64,000 nt of DNA from the human T2T-CHM13v2.0 reference genome, Homo sapiens (GCF_009914755.1 NC_060946.1), one strand, 5' to 3'; shown: positions 35,327 through 51,592, counted from the first letter of the stretch. Program-made: numbers and translations. The notes: a model not told the origin generated them from the letters alone.

Positions 35327-35974
35327 GAAATGACCCACATTTTATGTTGGGAGTTTGATCTGCCATTTATCAAGTATGGAATCTTGAACAAGGGGTTAAA
35401 CATCTGAATGTCTCCATCACTTCATCTCTAAAGTGGGGGTGCTCACACCCACTGGGCTCCCCCACCCAGGTTGGTGCCGGACTCTCCCTGGGCCCCCCTG
35501 TTCTCTCACCAGCCACATCCATTCTCCCCCCAGAGGCGCTAGTGACTGTGCGTGGCTTTCCATTCCCACCATGTTTGTCTCTAACCCCAGTGGCAGATCA
35601 GTGTAAGAACACAGCTGAGTGCTCCTCGCCTCCTTGCCCCTTCAAGGGCTCCTCACCACCCACCAGATCAGGTGCAAACTTCCAAGCCTTACTGGATCCC
35701 CTTCCACATTCTGAGCTCCGCCTGCCTTCCCATCGCTATCCTTCCCCACCTGCCTCCCTGGTAGAGAAAAGCAGAGTGTGTGATGCTGTCTGAATGCTGA
35801 GCACGGCCTTTTGCAGCCAGTCCACTGTGTATGCTGCCCCTATCGGAGACCTCCACCTTAACCCTTTCCAGCCTGGAGGCTCCTCCCAGGGCCCCACAAC
35901 AGAAGTGACTTCCCTTGCCTTTGAATTTCTATAGCACAAGCCCTACTGCCCCCCGTTAAAACTGCAAAGTCCTT

Positions 35975-36598
35975 TTGTGGAAAATAACTTTATTCATGAC
36001 TGTGTTTATCACACTATCTTATGGAGAAGAGATGATCAATAAATATTTGTTGAATAAATGAATAGCAGTTACAAAACACTTGATTCATATGGAATTAATG
36101 TTGGTTCTCAAAGTGAAAAATTACAAACAGCACTGATATTCAGCCAGTATACAAGTCTGGTCACAGCAGTTGTATAATACTGAAATACCCCCTGCCACTG
36201 ACCTTTGGCCCCCAGATGCCTCCCACTGCCACTGCTCTCCCCACTGGGAACCCCTGAAGTTCCCACAGGCTCATAACTAAAGGGCTAATGTCTCGCACAG
36301 CAGCGAGCACCCAGGACCGAGCAGCCACATGGCCGGGTCTGCTGGTGAAAGCATCCATTCTGACTGATCAGGACCTGAGGGGCCTCATGGTTACATATTT
36401 TGATAATATCCCTAATTATAAATAAGGCTCAGTTATATAGTTTGAAAACAATGCTTCTCCTCATCGCAAAATCTCTTAGAAGACTCCGTAGATCCAGGAA
36501 CGGAAATGGAAAATGACAGCGTGTCAATCTCTGAAGGTTTTGGGCATTTCCATTAGCACTCCATCTTCATGTAAACCAGAAGATATGCAGTTTCCTGC
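35975..36598 (-). pseudogene. Duplicated USP18 last exon and 3'UTR
   Basis: tcttctctctag|G CAG GAA ACT...TGC TAA = QETAYLLVYMKMEC*, the USP18 C-terminus (stop 36553-36555); AATAAA at 35989-35994 on the - strand. Confidence 0.9.
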
Positions 36599-37108
36599 CT
36601 AGAGAGAAGAGAAGACACATCAGCACAGCGGCATGAAAGCTTCATCAGAAAACAATGCTTCATTAATCCGTGACAGGACAAGCGTCAGCAAACTTCCAGG
36701 CGGCTGGATTAGGCCTTCATCTATCCATCACCTTGGAGAGGAACAAAATAGGTGGCCTGGGAAGATAAGCACTATGTTTCTATTCCTTAATATCTAAAGC
36801 GGAGGTTAACAAGCTATGGACACACAAGCCAAACCCAGCCCTCTTGGGGTTTTTTAAATCTACTTTCAACTTTTATTTTAGATTCAGCGGGCACATGTGC
36901 AGGTTTGTCACGTGGATATGAGCATACTCCCCAACAGTTGGCCTTTCACCCCTCCCCTCCCTCCCCATCCAGCAGTTCCCAGTTGTTGCCATCTTTAAGT
37001 CAATGAGTCCCCATGTTTAGCTCCCATTTATAAGAGAGAACATGCATTATGTTTTGTTTGGTTTTTGCTGGTTTTTTTTTTTTTTTTTAATGGAGTCTTG
37101 CCCTGTAG

Positions 37109-37273
<165 letters not shown>

Positions 37274-37384
37274 TAGCCAGGATGGTCTCAATCTCCTGAC
37301 CTCATGATCTGCCCACCTCAGTCTCCCAAAGTGCAGGGATTACAGGCGTGAGCCACCGTGCCCAGCCTTTTGTTTATTTTTTGA

Positions 37385-37495
<111 letters not shown>

Positions 37496-37684
37496 TGAGT
37501 AGCTAGGACTACAGGTGTGTACCACCATGCCTAGCTATAATAATTTTTATTTTTTTGTAGAGATGGAGTCTTGCTTTGTTGCCCAGGCTGGTCTTGAAGT
37601 CCTGGCTTGAAGTGATCCTCCTGCCTCGGCCTCCCAAATTGCCGGGATTAAAGGTGGGAGATCGCACCCAGTCTCCAACCCTCT

Positions 37685-37855
37685 TTTTGCAAGTAAATGT
37701 AACTGGACCCCAGCCATGCTCATCTGCCCATGTACTGTCTACGGCTGCTTTTGCTCTACAGGGCAGAGTTAAGTGGTTGCAACAGACACCGCACAGACCA
37801 CAAAGTCTGAAGTACTTTCTCTCCAGCCCTTTACAGAGAAAGTCTGCCAACCTCT
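37685..37855 (+). mobile_element. MER58-type DNA transposon fragment
   Basis: CTGTCTACGGCTGCTTTTGCTCTACA...CCCTTTACAGAGAAAGTCTGCCAACCTCT. Confidence 0.7.
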
Positions 37856-38895
37856 AATCTCAATAACAGGGAAATCAATGACAACCACAAAGTGACAAAG
37901 ACTGGGTGTCTAAGATGGATGCTCAGAATAAACAAGAGAGAAAGATGAAAAGTAGAAGGAGGATTTCAAACGCAAGCTTCACCTAATCCGTTATTTTTCA
38001 AATGACCAGGCCTATCTCTGTAGCTGAAAATCACCTCAAATAAGATCTCTGATATACAGTCTCCAAAAGCTCAGCCAAGAAACTTACAAAGTCTCTCTGC
38101 CTTAACTTCATCCACCTTTTTTCTCTCCAGCTTCTCCTCGGTAGTTAATGATTATAAAAATATTTATTGGCTCATGCCTGTAATCCCAGCACTTTGAGAG
38201 GCCGAGGCGGGCAGATCACGAGGTCAGGAGATCGAGACCATCCTGGCTAACACGGTGAAATCCCGTCTCTACTAAAAATACAAAAAATTAGCCAGGCGTG
38301 GTGGCGGGCGCCTGTAATCCCAGCTACTCAGGAGGCTGAGGCAGGAGAATGGCATGTACCCACAAGGCGGAGCTTGCAACGAGGTGAGATCCCACTACTG
38401 CACTCCAGCCTGGGCGACAGAGCAAGACTCCATCTCAAAACAAACAAACAAACAAACAAAAAAACAGTGTGATGGCCAGGCGCAGTGCTCATGCCTATAA
38501 TCCAAGCACTTTGGGAGGCTGAAATGGATGGATGGCTTGAGCCCAGTAGTTTGAGACAAGCCTGGCAACATAGCGAGACCTCATCTCTACAAACATCTTT
38601 AAAATATGCCAGGCATGGTGGTGCATGCCTGTAGTCCCAGCTATTCAGGAAGCTGAGGTGGGAGGATCACCTGTGCCCGGGAGTTCAAGGCTGCAGTGAG
38701 CTATGATCACACCACAGTGCTCCAGCCTGGGCAACAAAGCAAGACTCCATCTCTAAAAATAAAATAAAATTAAAAAAAAAAGATCTTCGCTGTAAAAGAG
38801 GTACACTCAAATGCAATAAAAGCATATAAGAAGGCCGGGTGTGGTGGCTCATGCCTGTAATCCCAGCACTTTGGGAGGCCGAGACGGGCGGATCA

Positions 38896-39180
<285 letters not shown>

Positions 39181-39580
39181 TCACTACATGGATAGGACCA
39201 GCACGCTTCTGCGGCACGACTCTGCAATCTTACTACATTTTTTTTTACTTTGTATTTTATTTATTCCTTTTGAGACAGAGTCTCACTCTGTCACCCAGGC
39301 TGAAGTGCAGCCGAGATCTCGGCTCACTGCAACCTCCACCTCTTGGGTTCAAGCAATTCTCTTGTCTCAGCCTCCCAAGTAGCTGGGACTACAGGCACAC
39401 GTCAAAACGCCCGGCTAATTTTTGTATTTTTAGTAGAGATGGAGTTTTGCCATATTGGTCAAGCTGGTCTCGAACTCCTGACGTCAGGTGATCGACCTGT
39501 CTTAGCCTCCCAAAGTGCTAGGATTACAGGTGTACATTTATTTATTTATTTGAGATGGAATCTTGCTCTGTATTTATTAA

Positions 39581-39808
<228 letters not shown>

Positions 39809-39855
39809 TGAACCACCTGCCTCAGCCTCCCAAAGTGTTGGGATTACAGGCCTAA

Positions 39856-40116
<261 letters not shown>

Positions 40117-41809
40117 TGATCTGACAGCCTCGTCCTCTCAAAGCACTGGGATTACAGGCATGAGCCCCTTGCCCGGCCTCTCACTACATTTAAGTGACGC
40201 CATGGCTCATGCCTGTAATCCTAGCACTTTGGGAGGCCAAGGCAGGTGGATCACCTGAGGTCAGGAGTTCGACATGAGCCTGGCCAACATGGGGAAACCC
40301 CGTCTCTAGTAAAAATACAAAAATTAGTCAGGTGTGGTGGTACAAGCCTGTAGGCCCAGCTACTTGGAAGACTGAGGCAGGAGAATCACTTTAAGCGGGA
40401 GGCAGAGGTTGCAGTGAGCCAATATCATGCCACTGCACTCCAGCTTGGGTGACAGAGTGAGATACTGTCTCAAAAAAAAAGAAAAAAAGAGAGAAAAACA
40501 TATGATGCCAGGGCATCTCGGCCTCAATACCTGGGTGAGCACAGTCATGTCCAGGCCAGGGCTGCTGGTCGAGGTCCGGCCCCATCTCTTCCAGCAGAAA
40601 GGGAGTAAGCTTGCAGGGAGGCTGGGGGACAAGATCCCAGGATCTCAGCCTCTGCTCATGGATCAGCTCTGAGACCCCGAGTGAGCTGGGGGTGCTCTGT
40701 GCGCATTGGTTTCCCCAGCTGTCAAGTAAAGAGATTGGATGAGGAAGTCTTGTCAAGGTGGAATGATCTCAGATTTGGGGCAGCAGTGAATGATCCCGCT
40801 CCCTGGGCCATGCCAGTGGCCCGGCCTCGGCTGAACACAGCCCCAACACTCTGGAATGGGGATGAGGGGGCAGTCAGCTCTTGCTCCTAGTAAGAGAGAT
40901 GCAACAGGGCTCTGTGGCTGAGCTGGGTGCCTTGCCTCACACCTGTAATCCCAACCTTTGAGAGGCCGAGGCAGGAGGATTGCTCGAGGCCGGGAATTTT
41001 GAGAATAGCCTGGACAACATAGCCAGACCCCATGTCTACAAAATAATAATAAAACACACAGCTATAGTCCAAGCTACTTGGCAGGCTGAGGCAGGAGGGT
41101 CCCTTGAGTCCAGGAATTGGAGGCTGCATTGAGCTATAATCGCACCACTGCACTCCAGCTTGGGTGACAAAGTGAGACCCTGTCTCTAAAAGAAAAAAAA
41201 ATTGGCCTGTGAGCATGGGCTTGATTTTCAAACAGGACCCGGAGGGTAGGGTAAACGTGTGGGTAAATCTAAATGAATGTTATTGGTATAAAATTACAGT
41301 AGTATAGAAAATGATATCTTGTGGGGTTTAAAATAAATAAAACATACTGAAATATGTATGGGTACAGTTATATATCTGGGATTTGCACTGAAATAATGTG
41401 GGGTAGAGGGAAGCAGGAAAGAGTATACATGAAATGAGCTTGGCCATAAGATTGTTGTTGAAATTGAATGGATACTCTGGGCTTCATTACACAATTCTCT
41501 TTACTCTTACATAGCTCTACACTCTCAACATAAATAAGAATAAAAACACAAAAAACACACAGATACATCTATGCACACACACATATTTAAAATACACAAA
41601 AATATTAGCATATAAGTCACTGGGGGTAAATTTAGTTCCTGTTCCAAGGTTCTTGTACTGACTAGGAAGAGGATAGAAGTACTAACTCATAGGCTGGGCG
41701 CGGTGGCTCACGCCTGTAATCCCAACACTTTAGGATGCCGAGGTAGGCAGATCTCTTAAGGTCCGGAGTTCAAGACCAGCCTGGCCAACATGGTGAAACC
41801 CTGTCTCTA

Positions 41810-41974
<165 letters not shown>

Positions 41975-42861
41975 CTATCTCAACCACAACAAAAAGTACT
42001 AGCTCATGTTAGACTTTGATAAGGGAAGGATGCATGTTGTAAGCTCTAAAATAATCCAGTCATCTTTTAAAATAACTCTAAGACTGCACAGTTATGAAAC
42101 TAATAGAGAAGGAGGAAATTAAATAATAAAACTAATAAATCCAAAACAAGATGTGAGAGGAGATAAGAAGAAATAGAATAGGCATGGAAAACAAATTGGT
42201 GGTGGGTTTCAACCCAAATAAATCATTAGTTACATTTAAAAGGACAATAAAAATTAAAATAATTGAAAATAAAGTAAAACCCAACTAATGCCTTTTATAT
42301 AAGGGTACAGAGAGGTGGAAGATCATGAAAAATATGTCATGCATGTACTAACCAAGAAAGCTGTATAACTTTTTTTTTTTTTTTTTTTTTTTTTTTGGAG
42401 ATAGAGCCTCACTCTGTCTCCCAGGCTGGAGTGCAGTGATGTGATCTTGGCTTACAGCAATCTCTCCCTTCTAGGCTCAAGCGATTCTCCCACCTCAGCA
42501 TCCCAAGTAGCTGGGACTACAAGTGTGCCAACTTAGAATTATATTAGCCACACCCAGCTAATTTTTGTATTTTTTGTAGAGGCAGGGTCTCGCCATGTTG
42601 CCCAGGTTGGTCTTGAACTCCTGGGCTTCAGTGATCCACCCACCTCGACCTCCAGCAAAGTGCCAAGATTACAGCCATGAGCCACCATGCCCAGCATAAC
42701 TATTTTTAATGAAGTAGACTTTAAGAAGAAAAGTATTATTAGAGGTAAGGGACACATCACAGAAAAGAAGAATTTACTAGGAGCCAGGCGCAATGGCTCG
42801 TGCCTGTAATTCCAGCACTTTGTGAGGCCAAGGCGGCGGATCACCTGAGGTTGGGAGTTCA

Positions 42862-43086
<225 letters not shown>

Positions 43087-43124
43087 CTAGTTTCGGTAAT
43101 TCTTAACATCCAGGAAACTGGATG

Positions 43125-43575
43125 TGAAAGTTTTTCAGAGAAACTAAACCAATAGATTATACATAGAGAGAGACTTATTTAGGAATTGGCTCACATGATT
43201 GTGGGGACTAGCAAGTTTTAAAATCTGTAGGGCAAGCCAGCAGGCTATAAATTCAGGTAAGAGTTGATCTCGAAGTCTGGAACCTAAAATCTGTAGAGCA
43301 GTCAGCAGGCCAGAAACTCAGGCAGGGTTTGTGTGTTACAGTCTTGAAGCAGAATTCCTGCTTCTCTGGGAAACCTCAGTTTTTGTTCTTAAGGCCTTCA
43401 ACTGATTGGAGGTGGCCCACCCATATTATGGTGGGTAATCTGTTTTACTTAAAGTCAATTGACTGTCAGTGTTAATCACATCTATGAAATAACCTCCCAG
43501 CAAGATATTGACAAGTATTTGACCAAACAACAGGACACCATAGCTTAGCCAAGTTGACACATAAATTAACCATCA
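43125..43575 (+). mobile_element. MLT2-type (ERVL) LTR
   Basis: AGGAATTGGCTCACATGATTGTGG...TAGCCAAGTTGACACATAAATTAACCATCA; strand tentative. Confidence 0.7.
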
Positions 43576-43688
43576 GGAGCAAGTAGAATATCCAAAAAAC
43601 AACATACTAGGGGTATTATATCTTATATAGCTATTATAATTATATAAAACATATAATTATAGAATGACGATATTAAGATAACCATTAG

Positions 43689-44102
<414 letters not shown>

Positions 44103-44376
44103 TAGGCACGGTGCTGGGTCCACACTCACAGAAACCTTAGGAACTCGCACCCAGGGGCTCCGGCTGTAGCAGAATCCCAAGAATAAAACCTGGTGCTGAA
44201 AGAGTAGGAGATGAGGCCAGGTGCCATGACTCACTCCTGTAATGCCAGCACTTTGAGTGGCCAAGGCGGGTGAATCAAGAGATAGAGACCATCCTGGCCA
44301 ACACGGTGAAACCCCGTCTCTACTAAAAATACAGAAATTAGCGGGGCGTGGTGGCTGGCACCTGTAGTCCCAGCTA

Positions 44377-44481
<105 letters not shown>

Positions 44482-46164
44482 TCACAAAAAAAAAAAAAAA
44501 AAAAAAAAAAAGCAGGACACTGAACTCTGGGAGGGCCTCCTGGTGAGAGGTGAGCACAGAGGGGAGAGATGGAGGCAGGAGCATGGGCTTCTGGTGGCCC
44601 CAGCAGACCCTGTGGCAGCGTGGCCAGGGTCCTCTGCAGGGAGGAATCTTGGCCAGGATGACGCTGTAGCAGGCCTCTTCCTGAGGCCTCCAGCCAGCCC
44701 GGCCAGGGTCCCAGCGTCCAGTGACCCCTGTTTCACAGCAGCAGCTGGGGCCAGCCCCAGGCTCTCTTCCACTCCCAGCTTCTTAAAACTGGAAGTGGAG
44801 AGAGTTGTTTGATAAAACACTGGGGCAAACCACATCCTCTCTTCACCAAGGGAGAGTTCGAGGGGATGCCGGCAGAGGGAGCTTTAGAGTAGAGACCCCT
44901 ACCCAACCAGTGACCGTCACGCACACAGCAGGGCATGCTATGGAGACCCCCAGACAGTCACTCGGGGAGACCCAGCAGGTCCAGACTCTTCAGAGATCTG
45001 TGGCAGCAGGTCCCCACTCCCAAAAGCCACGTGCCCACGGGTGGTCTCTGGTGCCTGAGACCCCAGTCTCATTTGCATCTTTGCAACTTCGAGTTTAAGT
45101 GGGTGTCGCATCTCTGTATGTCCTCCCGAGCAGAGGAGGGGCACAGCCTGGGGTGGCAGCTGACGTCAAACCCTCAAATCCCCTGAGAGCCACTGGGGAG
45201 ACTAAGCAGTCCCCAGCCCCCACTTGTCCCTGAGCTGCCATTCTCAGCCCTGTGGGAGGAGACAGAAAGCCCTGAAGAGAAACCAAAGGACCAGGTCAGG
45301 AGGGGCTGGGGGGGTGGCATGAGCAATCAGGGCAGGGAAGGATGGACAGATGGGGGAATGGAGGGAAGAAGGAATGAATGAAAAGGTGAATGAATGAACA
45401 AAGAGAGAGAACGGCCACTCCTCCCTTGCTTTAGTTTACAAAGTACTGGGATCCTCCCAACAGCCTGCAAGACAGAATTTCTGGGAAGCAGACCAGGTGG
45501 CTGGCAGGGAGGGGAGGCTTGCCCTGGCTTTTGTGGGCCCAATGGGAGGCAGGGGGCAAGAAGGGGCATCCTGTGTGTGTCCTCCCTGCAGCGGCAGCAG
45601 CACCTTCCTGGAAGAGGGTCAGGAAACACCCGCTGTGGCCCCTCTCCACCACGCCCTCATCCAGGACACCAAGTATCAGTCACTCAGCTCACGAGACCCA
45701 GGCCCTGACTCAGGGAGAGAGGATGTGAGGGGTGGGGCACCGGGCTCCTCAGGACTGAGAGACCTGAGATGTGGCCCCGGGCTGGGTGTAGGGGCAGACT
45801 GGCTATGGCAGCATTGTGTGTACCCCAGCAGGCCAGTACCCACGCAGGGAGCCTCCAAACCCCTTCACCCATGACCCTGGGAGAAGACCGCAGCCTTGGA
45901 GAATTGGCCTCACTGAAGGGGCCTGCACCGGCCAGCAGGGTCAGGCGGGGCCAGACAGGTTCCCACCTGGGATATGCAAATGGGCCTCCTGAATCCTGGA
46001 GCCAGGTATGGACTCACACACCACCATTGTCCCCAAGTCCCCATCTGCCCCACGGGCACACCCTGCCGCCTGTTCTGTGCAAGGGCCCTGAGGCTGTCTC
46101 CTTGCGCTCAAGCCCTGCAGGTGCTGAAGCCCACACACACGGCTCCTGCTTCCTGGGCCAGTGC

Positions 46165-46570
46165 ACGTGCACACACACACACGTGCACACACACACACAC
46201 CCACAAATATACCCACACACAATCACACACATTCACACATACCCACCCCCCATACTCACACTCACACATTTACACACACCCACACTCACACACTCACAGT
46301 CACACACACCCTCACACAGCGAAACACAATCACACACATTCACACCCACCCACACCCCCACACACTCACACTCACATATACTCACACACACCCACACACA
46401 CATACACAAACACAATCACACACATTCACACACACCCACACTCACACATACACACACCCAAACACGATCACACACATTCACACACACCCACACCCCACAA
46501 ACACACTCACACATATACCCACACACACTCACACATAATCTCTCACACACACACATGCTCACACACACAC
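46165..46570. repeat. Degenerate (CA)n tract in GGT5-type intron 1
   Basis: ~400 bp CA-rich run. Confidence 0.95.
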
Positions 46571-46631
46571 GCCTTCTCCAGGAGGGGCTGGCTGCCAAAG
46601 GCCACCCAGCTTCCTCCCACGTCTCACTCAC

Positions 46632-46809
46632 CGTACAATATTTGAGAAGACCTTGGAGTCAGCAGCAACAGCGGTGTGGGCAAAGGCCGGGGGTCAAATG
46701 GGGCCTGGTGTCGAGAGAGGACCACAGCCAGCACAATGACAGCCAGCGCCAGCCCCAGCCCCAGCCCCAGCAGGACCAGGTCACCCATGGCTCCGTAGTC
46801 CTGGGCCAT
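46632..46809 (-). pseudogene. GGT5-like first coding exon fragment with 1-nt deletion
   Basis: MAQDYGAMGDLVLLGLGLGLALAVIVLAVVLSRHQAP, then in the shifted frame AFAHTAVAADSKVFSNIVR, matching the GGT5 N-terminus; donor CG|gtgagt; no further GGT5 exons seen. Confidence 0.88.
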
Positions 46810-48678
46810 GGCTCTGCGGCCCAGAAGGAGAGGGGAGGCCGGTGGGCAGATGGAGGGACAGATGGGTGGGCAGATGAATGGACAAGAAGATGCATAGATA
46901 GACTCACAGGTAATTGGACAGATGGACAAACAGGTGGGGGCTGAAGACAGACACGAAGATGGATCGACAGACAGGCCAGATAGCTAGACAAAGAGGACAG
47001 TAAGAGAAAGATGGTCAGATAGACAATGGGACAGAGATGGGCTTACAGATGGGCGGACAGACAGACAGGTCTGAACAGCGGGCTGCCAGATGGACAGATG
47101 GGTGAATGGACAGATGGCTGGCAGCTGTGGCGAGCTGCTGCCCTCACCAAGTGCACACTACGGAGTGGCCAAACTCATGCCTCAACTTCTAGTTTTCAGC
47201 TCCTGCTTGTTCCTGGCAGGAGGCCAGGCAGCAAAGCGTCTGAGGGGAGTTTTCTTTGCCTAGAGAAGTCAGCTGCTGTGTTAACTCCCTCACTGCTGGT
47301 AGGTCCAAAGGCCCGACCTACCGCCCACCAGAGCCCATGGTCACACTGTCGCAATGTGCAGGAGAACTTGGTGCGTGCTGCACTGCGGTTGCCAGGTAGG
47401 GGCAGGGCTCCCTGGAACCTCCACACCATTCCCCAGGTTCTCAGCAGCTCTGGGAAAGCAGAGCTGGGGCCGCTTAACTCTGCCCTGGATCCGGCAAGGC
47501 TGCCCCCCTCCCAGAGTGGAGCCCTGCTCCCCAGCTCCCATCTCTATCCCCTAACCCTCTCCGCATGGCCCAGCCTAGTCAGCATCAAGGTGGAGCTGAA
47601 CAGAGGCAGAAGGAGGAGGACCCAAGGTGGTGTCACTCAGGACCCGGGTTCAAGTCCTTATGCTTCTGCAGCCTGGCCTGGGTCCCCCAACTCCCCCAGG
47701 GTGACCAAGGGCTTCCCAGTCTGCACAGAGGACAGGGGGTCTTGACAGCATCAAATGCTAGTGACTACGAGACACTTACGTGGGAAATGCAGACAGACCA
47801 TGCCTCTAGCCCTTGGCACCAGGCACCATCCATCCCTGGGACTTGCTGTCCTGGAAATGCAGCATGGTCCTCCAGGGAGGGGGGCTGTGCCATGTGGGGG
47901 CCCCACCCCACCTGCAGCTCTTTCCCACCCTGGCTGCAGGTCTGCTTCCCTGAATCCAAATCCGCTACTACTGTGCTGGCAGCGCAGCCTCTCTGGGGAC
48001 ACTGGCCTGGCTCTGTTCTCCCCAGGCCTCAGGGTGCCTAAATGGGAGGCAACCAGGGGAGTGAGGACCCACTGAGGGGCTCCGTTGACCAGGCTCAGCA
48101 GGGGTGCAGGTGATGTGGGGTGGAATCCTTCCCACATGGCCCCCACAGTCCTCCCCGCTTCCTCCCCAACTGAACACTGCCTGCTCCAGATGTCTACACC
48201 TGGAGTCTGGGCCCCTCCATCTGGGCAGCAGAGAAACTGAGGCACAGAGACAGACTGTGTCCTTACAGGGCACACAGCCTGCCAGGCCCCTATGTCCGGC
48301 CAGAGCCCCTGGCCAGCCTGGGCTGCAGTGATTGTTTAGAGGTAGGCTGTTCCCACGGCTGCCTCTCACGGTAGGGGGGCCTGCGGACGCCTCCTCCCGC
48401 CCCCACCCGACTCCCAAGCCTCAGTGACATTGCTCAACCAGGAGCTGAAGTGCATTCCTGGGCTCAGGCCAGCCCACCCACCGACCCGCTGCAGTCCTGG
48501 AAGCCCAGAGGCCTGGGCAGCAGGAACAGTGGAGACAGCAGTGTGGGGGACGTCCCCCTCCTCTCCCCACCATCCTCGTCAGGCAGAGGCCAGGGTGCAG
48601 GGACCGCCCGAGCAAAGGCCCAGGGAAATGAATGGGTGTCATTCTGGTCCTGACCCGAGGCACAGCCAGGAAGGTCCC

Positions 48679-49640
48679 TGTGGGGAAAAGAAAGAGATAT
48701 CAGACTGTTACTGTGTCTATGTAGAAAGAAGTAGACGTAAGAGGCTCCATTTTGTTGTGTAGTAAGAAAAATTCTTTTGCCTTGAGATGCCGTTAATCTG
48801 TAACCCTAGCCCCAACCCTGTGCTCACAGAAACATGTACTGTGTCGACTCAAGGTTTAATGGATTCAGGGCTGTGCAGGATGTGCTTTGTTAAACAAATG
48901 CTTGAAGGCAGCATGCTTGTTAAGAGTCATCACCACTCCCTAATCTCAAGTAAGCAGGGACACAAAACACTGCAGAAGGCCGCAGGGACCTCTGCCTAGG
49001 AAAGCCAGGTATTGTCCAAGGTTTCTCCCCAGGTGACAGTCTGAAATATGGCCTCGTGGGAAGGGAAAGACCTGACCGTCCCCCAGCCCGACACCTGTAA
49101 AGGGTCTGTGCTGAGGAGGATTAGTAAAAGAGGAAGGCCTCTTTGCAGTTGAGATAAGAGGAAGGCATCTCTCTCCTGATCGTCCCTGGGCAAAGGAATG
49201 TCTCAGTGTTGATTGTATATTCCATCTGCTGAGATAGGAGAAAACTGCCTTAGGGCTGGAGGTGGGACATGCTGGTGGCAATACTGCTCTTTAATGCATT
49301 GAGATGTTTATGTATATGCACATCAAAGCACAGCACCTTTTTCTTAACCTTGTTTATGACACAGAGACATTTGTTCACGTGTTTTCCTGCTGACCCTCTC
49401 CCCACTATTACCCTATTGTCCTGCCACATCCCCCTCTCTGAGATGGTAGAGATAATGATCAATAAATACTAGGGAACTCAGAGACTGGTGCCAGCGTGGG
49501 TCCTCCATATGCTGAGTGCAGGTCCCCTGGGCCCACTTTTCTTTCTCTATACTTTGTCTCTGTGTCTCTTTCTTTTCTCAGTCTCTTGTCCCAGCTGATG
49601 AGAAACACCCACAGGTGTGGAGGGGCAGGCCACCCCTTCA
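48679..49640 (+). mobile_element. HERV-K(HML-2) solo LTR, LTR5B/5A type
   Basis: TGTGGGGAAAAGAAAGAG...GGGGCAGGCCACCCCTTCA, 962 bp; 6-bp TSD GGTCCC at 48673-48678 and 49641-49646. Confidence 0.93.
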
Positions 49641-49923
49641 GGTCCCTGAATGTCCTTCCTCAGGAAATGATGGGGGAAGGGGCGATGAGAATGAAGGAGA
49701 CGATTTAAGTCCCTCACCCCCCGAGGTAGTCCTGGGCTGAGCCCCATGGGACCTAGAGAACCAGGGTGTACCCCACCAGCATGTCGGGTCCAGGAAGCCT
49801 CGTGGCCAGCTCCCACTTCTCTTCCTGCTGTGCAACCCAGAGCAAGGCCTGCCCCTCCAGCTTCAGTCTTCTCCCCTGCAAATGGGGCCACGGCCTTTCC
49901 TCTCAGGCCAATATAAGGATTGA

Positions 49924-50080
49924 GGCCGGGTGCAGTGGCTACCCCTGTAATCCTAGCACTTTGGGAGACTGAGATGGGGGGACTGCTTGAAGTCAGGAGT
50001 TAAGACCAGCCTGGTCAACATAGTGAGACCCCATCTCTATTGGTTTAAATTTTTTTAAAAAAAATTAAATAAATAAAATA
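49924..50080 (+). mobile_element. Alu monomer (FLAM-like)
   Basis: Single Alu arm with A-rich tail. Confidence 0.75.
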
Positions 50081-51114
50081 AGGATTGAAGAGTGACTTGT
50101 ACACCAGTTGAGCCCACCTCCATCTCACCCTTGCAGAGCCCCAGAGACACAGCCCTCCAGAGCTCAGACCCAGTGGGACTTGACTCCACAGGCATAAAAC
50201 CCTGTTTGTCTATGGGCCCTTTGGAATCACCAGGTTTTCGGGGCTCCTGAAGGATAGCCCCGACCTGGCCTCACCTGGCCCCTGGCCCCAGTGCCCCTGG
50301 TGATATCCAGGTGCTGGGCTGTGATCACCGCCTCCCACCAGCCCACCTCCACCAGCCCTTCCCAGAACCCTGCTCCAGGTGTTGGAACTGTGCACAGAGG
50401 AGGGAGCAGGCCCCGAGGGAGGCCTGGAGGGGCTGCCAATGGTGAAGGCTGCTGTGTCGAGCTGTTTCCTTCCGGACCCACTCCCTCTGGGCTGCGTCCC
50501 CGGCTGGTCCAAGCCCTGATCCCTGGGATCTGGGGACATCTTCCCGTTTGCTGTTCCCTGAGAACCAGGCCTCCCTCTGGAGAGGATCACAAGCTTGGGT
50601 TTCACTCTGGGCTTGCTCTTGGGAACCCCCCAGGGGCATGGCTCTGACCGAGATGTTTTCCTCCAGCCTGTTGCCCAGTCCCCATTCCTCGGACCCTCAG
50701 CTTCACCTCCAGTGTCATCGGCAGGGTGAGCTGGACGCCTACGGGTCTGAGAAGGCGCCCGGGTTCCCAGCATCGGCTGGCCACCCTCTGCCTAAGAAAG
50801 CGCCAGGGTCGTGACACCCCCTGGTGGCTGATCCTAGGTAGTGTCACTGCCCAGCCCCAGTAAGGGAGGGCCTGGCCCCAAAGTCTGAGGGATCAGGGTG
50901 GGAAGGGGCAGGGTTTGGTGTGAACCTTCCCCTGGCCCCCAGCCATGTGCCTTGCTCTCCCCATGCTGAAGATGCTGAGGCTAGTTCCAGTGCCCGCATT
51001 GTGAAGATCTCCGAATCCCACCTCTCTGTTCCTCCCCAGCCAGATGGCTCCATTTCACACACAATACACTGAGGCCCAGAGAGTGGGGAGACAGGCCAGG
51101 GAGGCCACCTGGAG

Positions 51115-51489
<375 letters not shown>

Positions 51490-51592
51490 TCAGGCCAGGT
51501 CATCAGGAAGAGCAGGTTGGGGCCTGCTGGGTCTCACTGGAGCAGGGGGCTTGGCCCTCATGTCACAGGGGCTCCAGATGGCCCAGGCACTA

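Noticed and set aside
45769-46944. 391-aa His/Thr-rich ORF, the longest in the track
   Set aside because: Produced by the (CA)n tract and the antisense of the GGT5 exon; starts at GTG and shows no coding features
47026-50850. Overlapping 100-240 aa ORFs in the GC-rich spacer and LTR
   Set aside because: Expected by chance at high GC; no recognisable homology, and no retroviral coding sequence in a solo LTR
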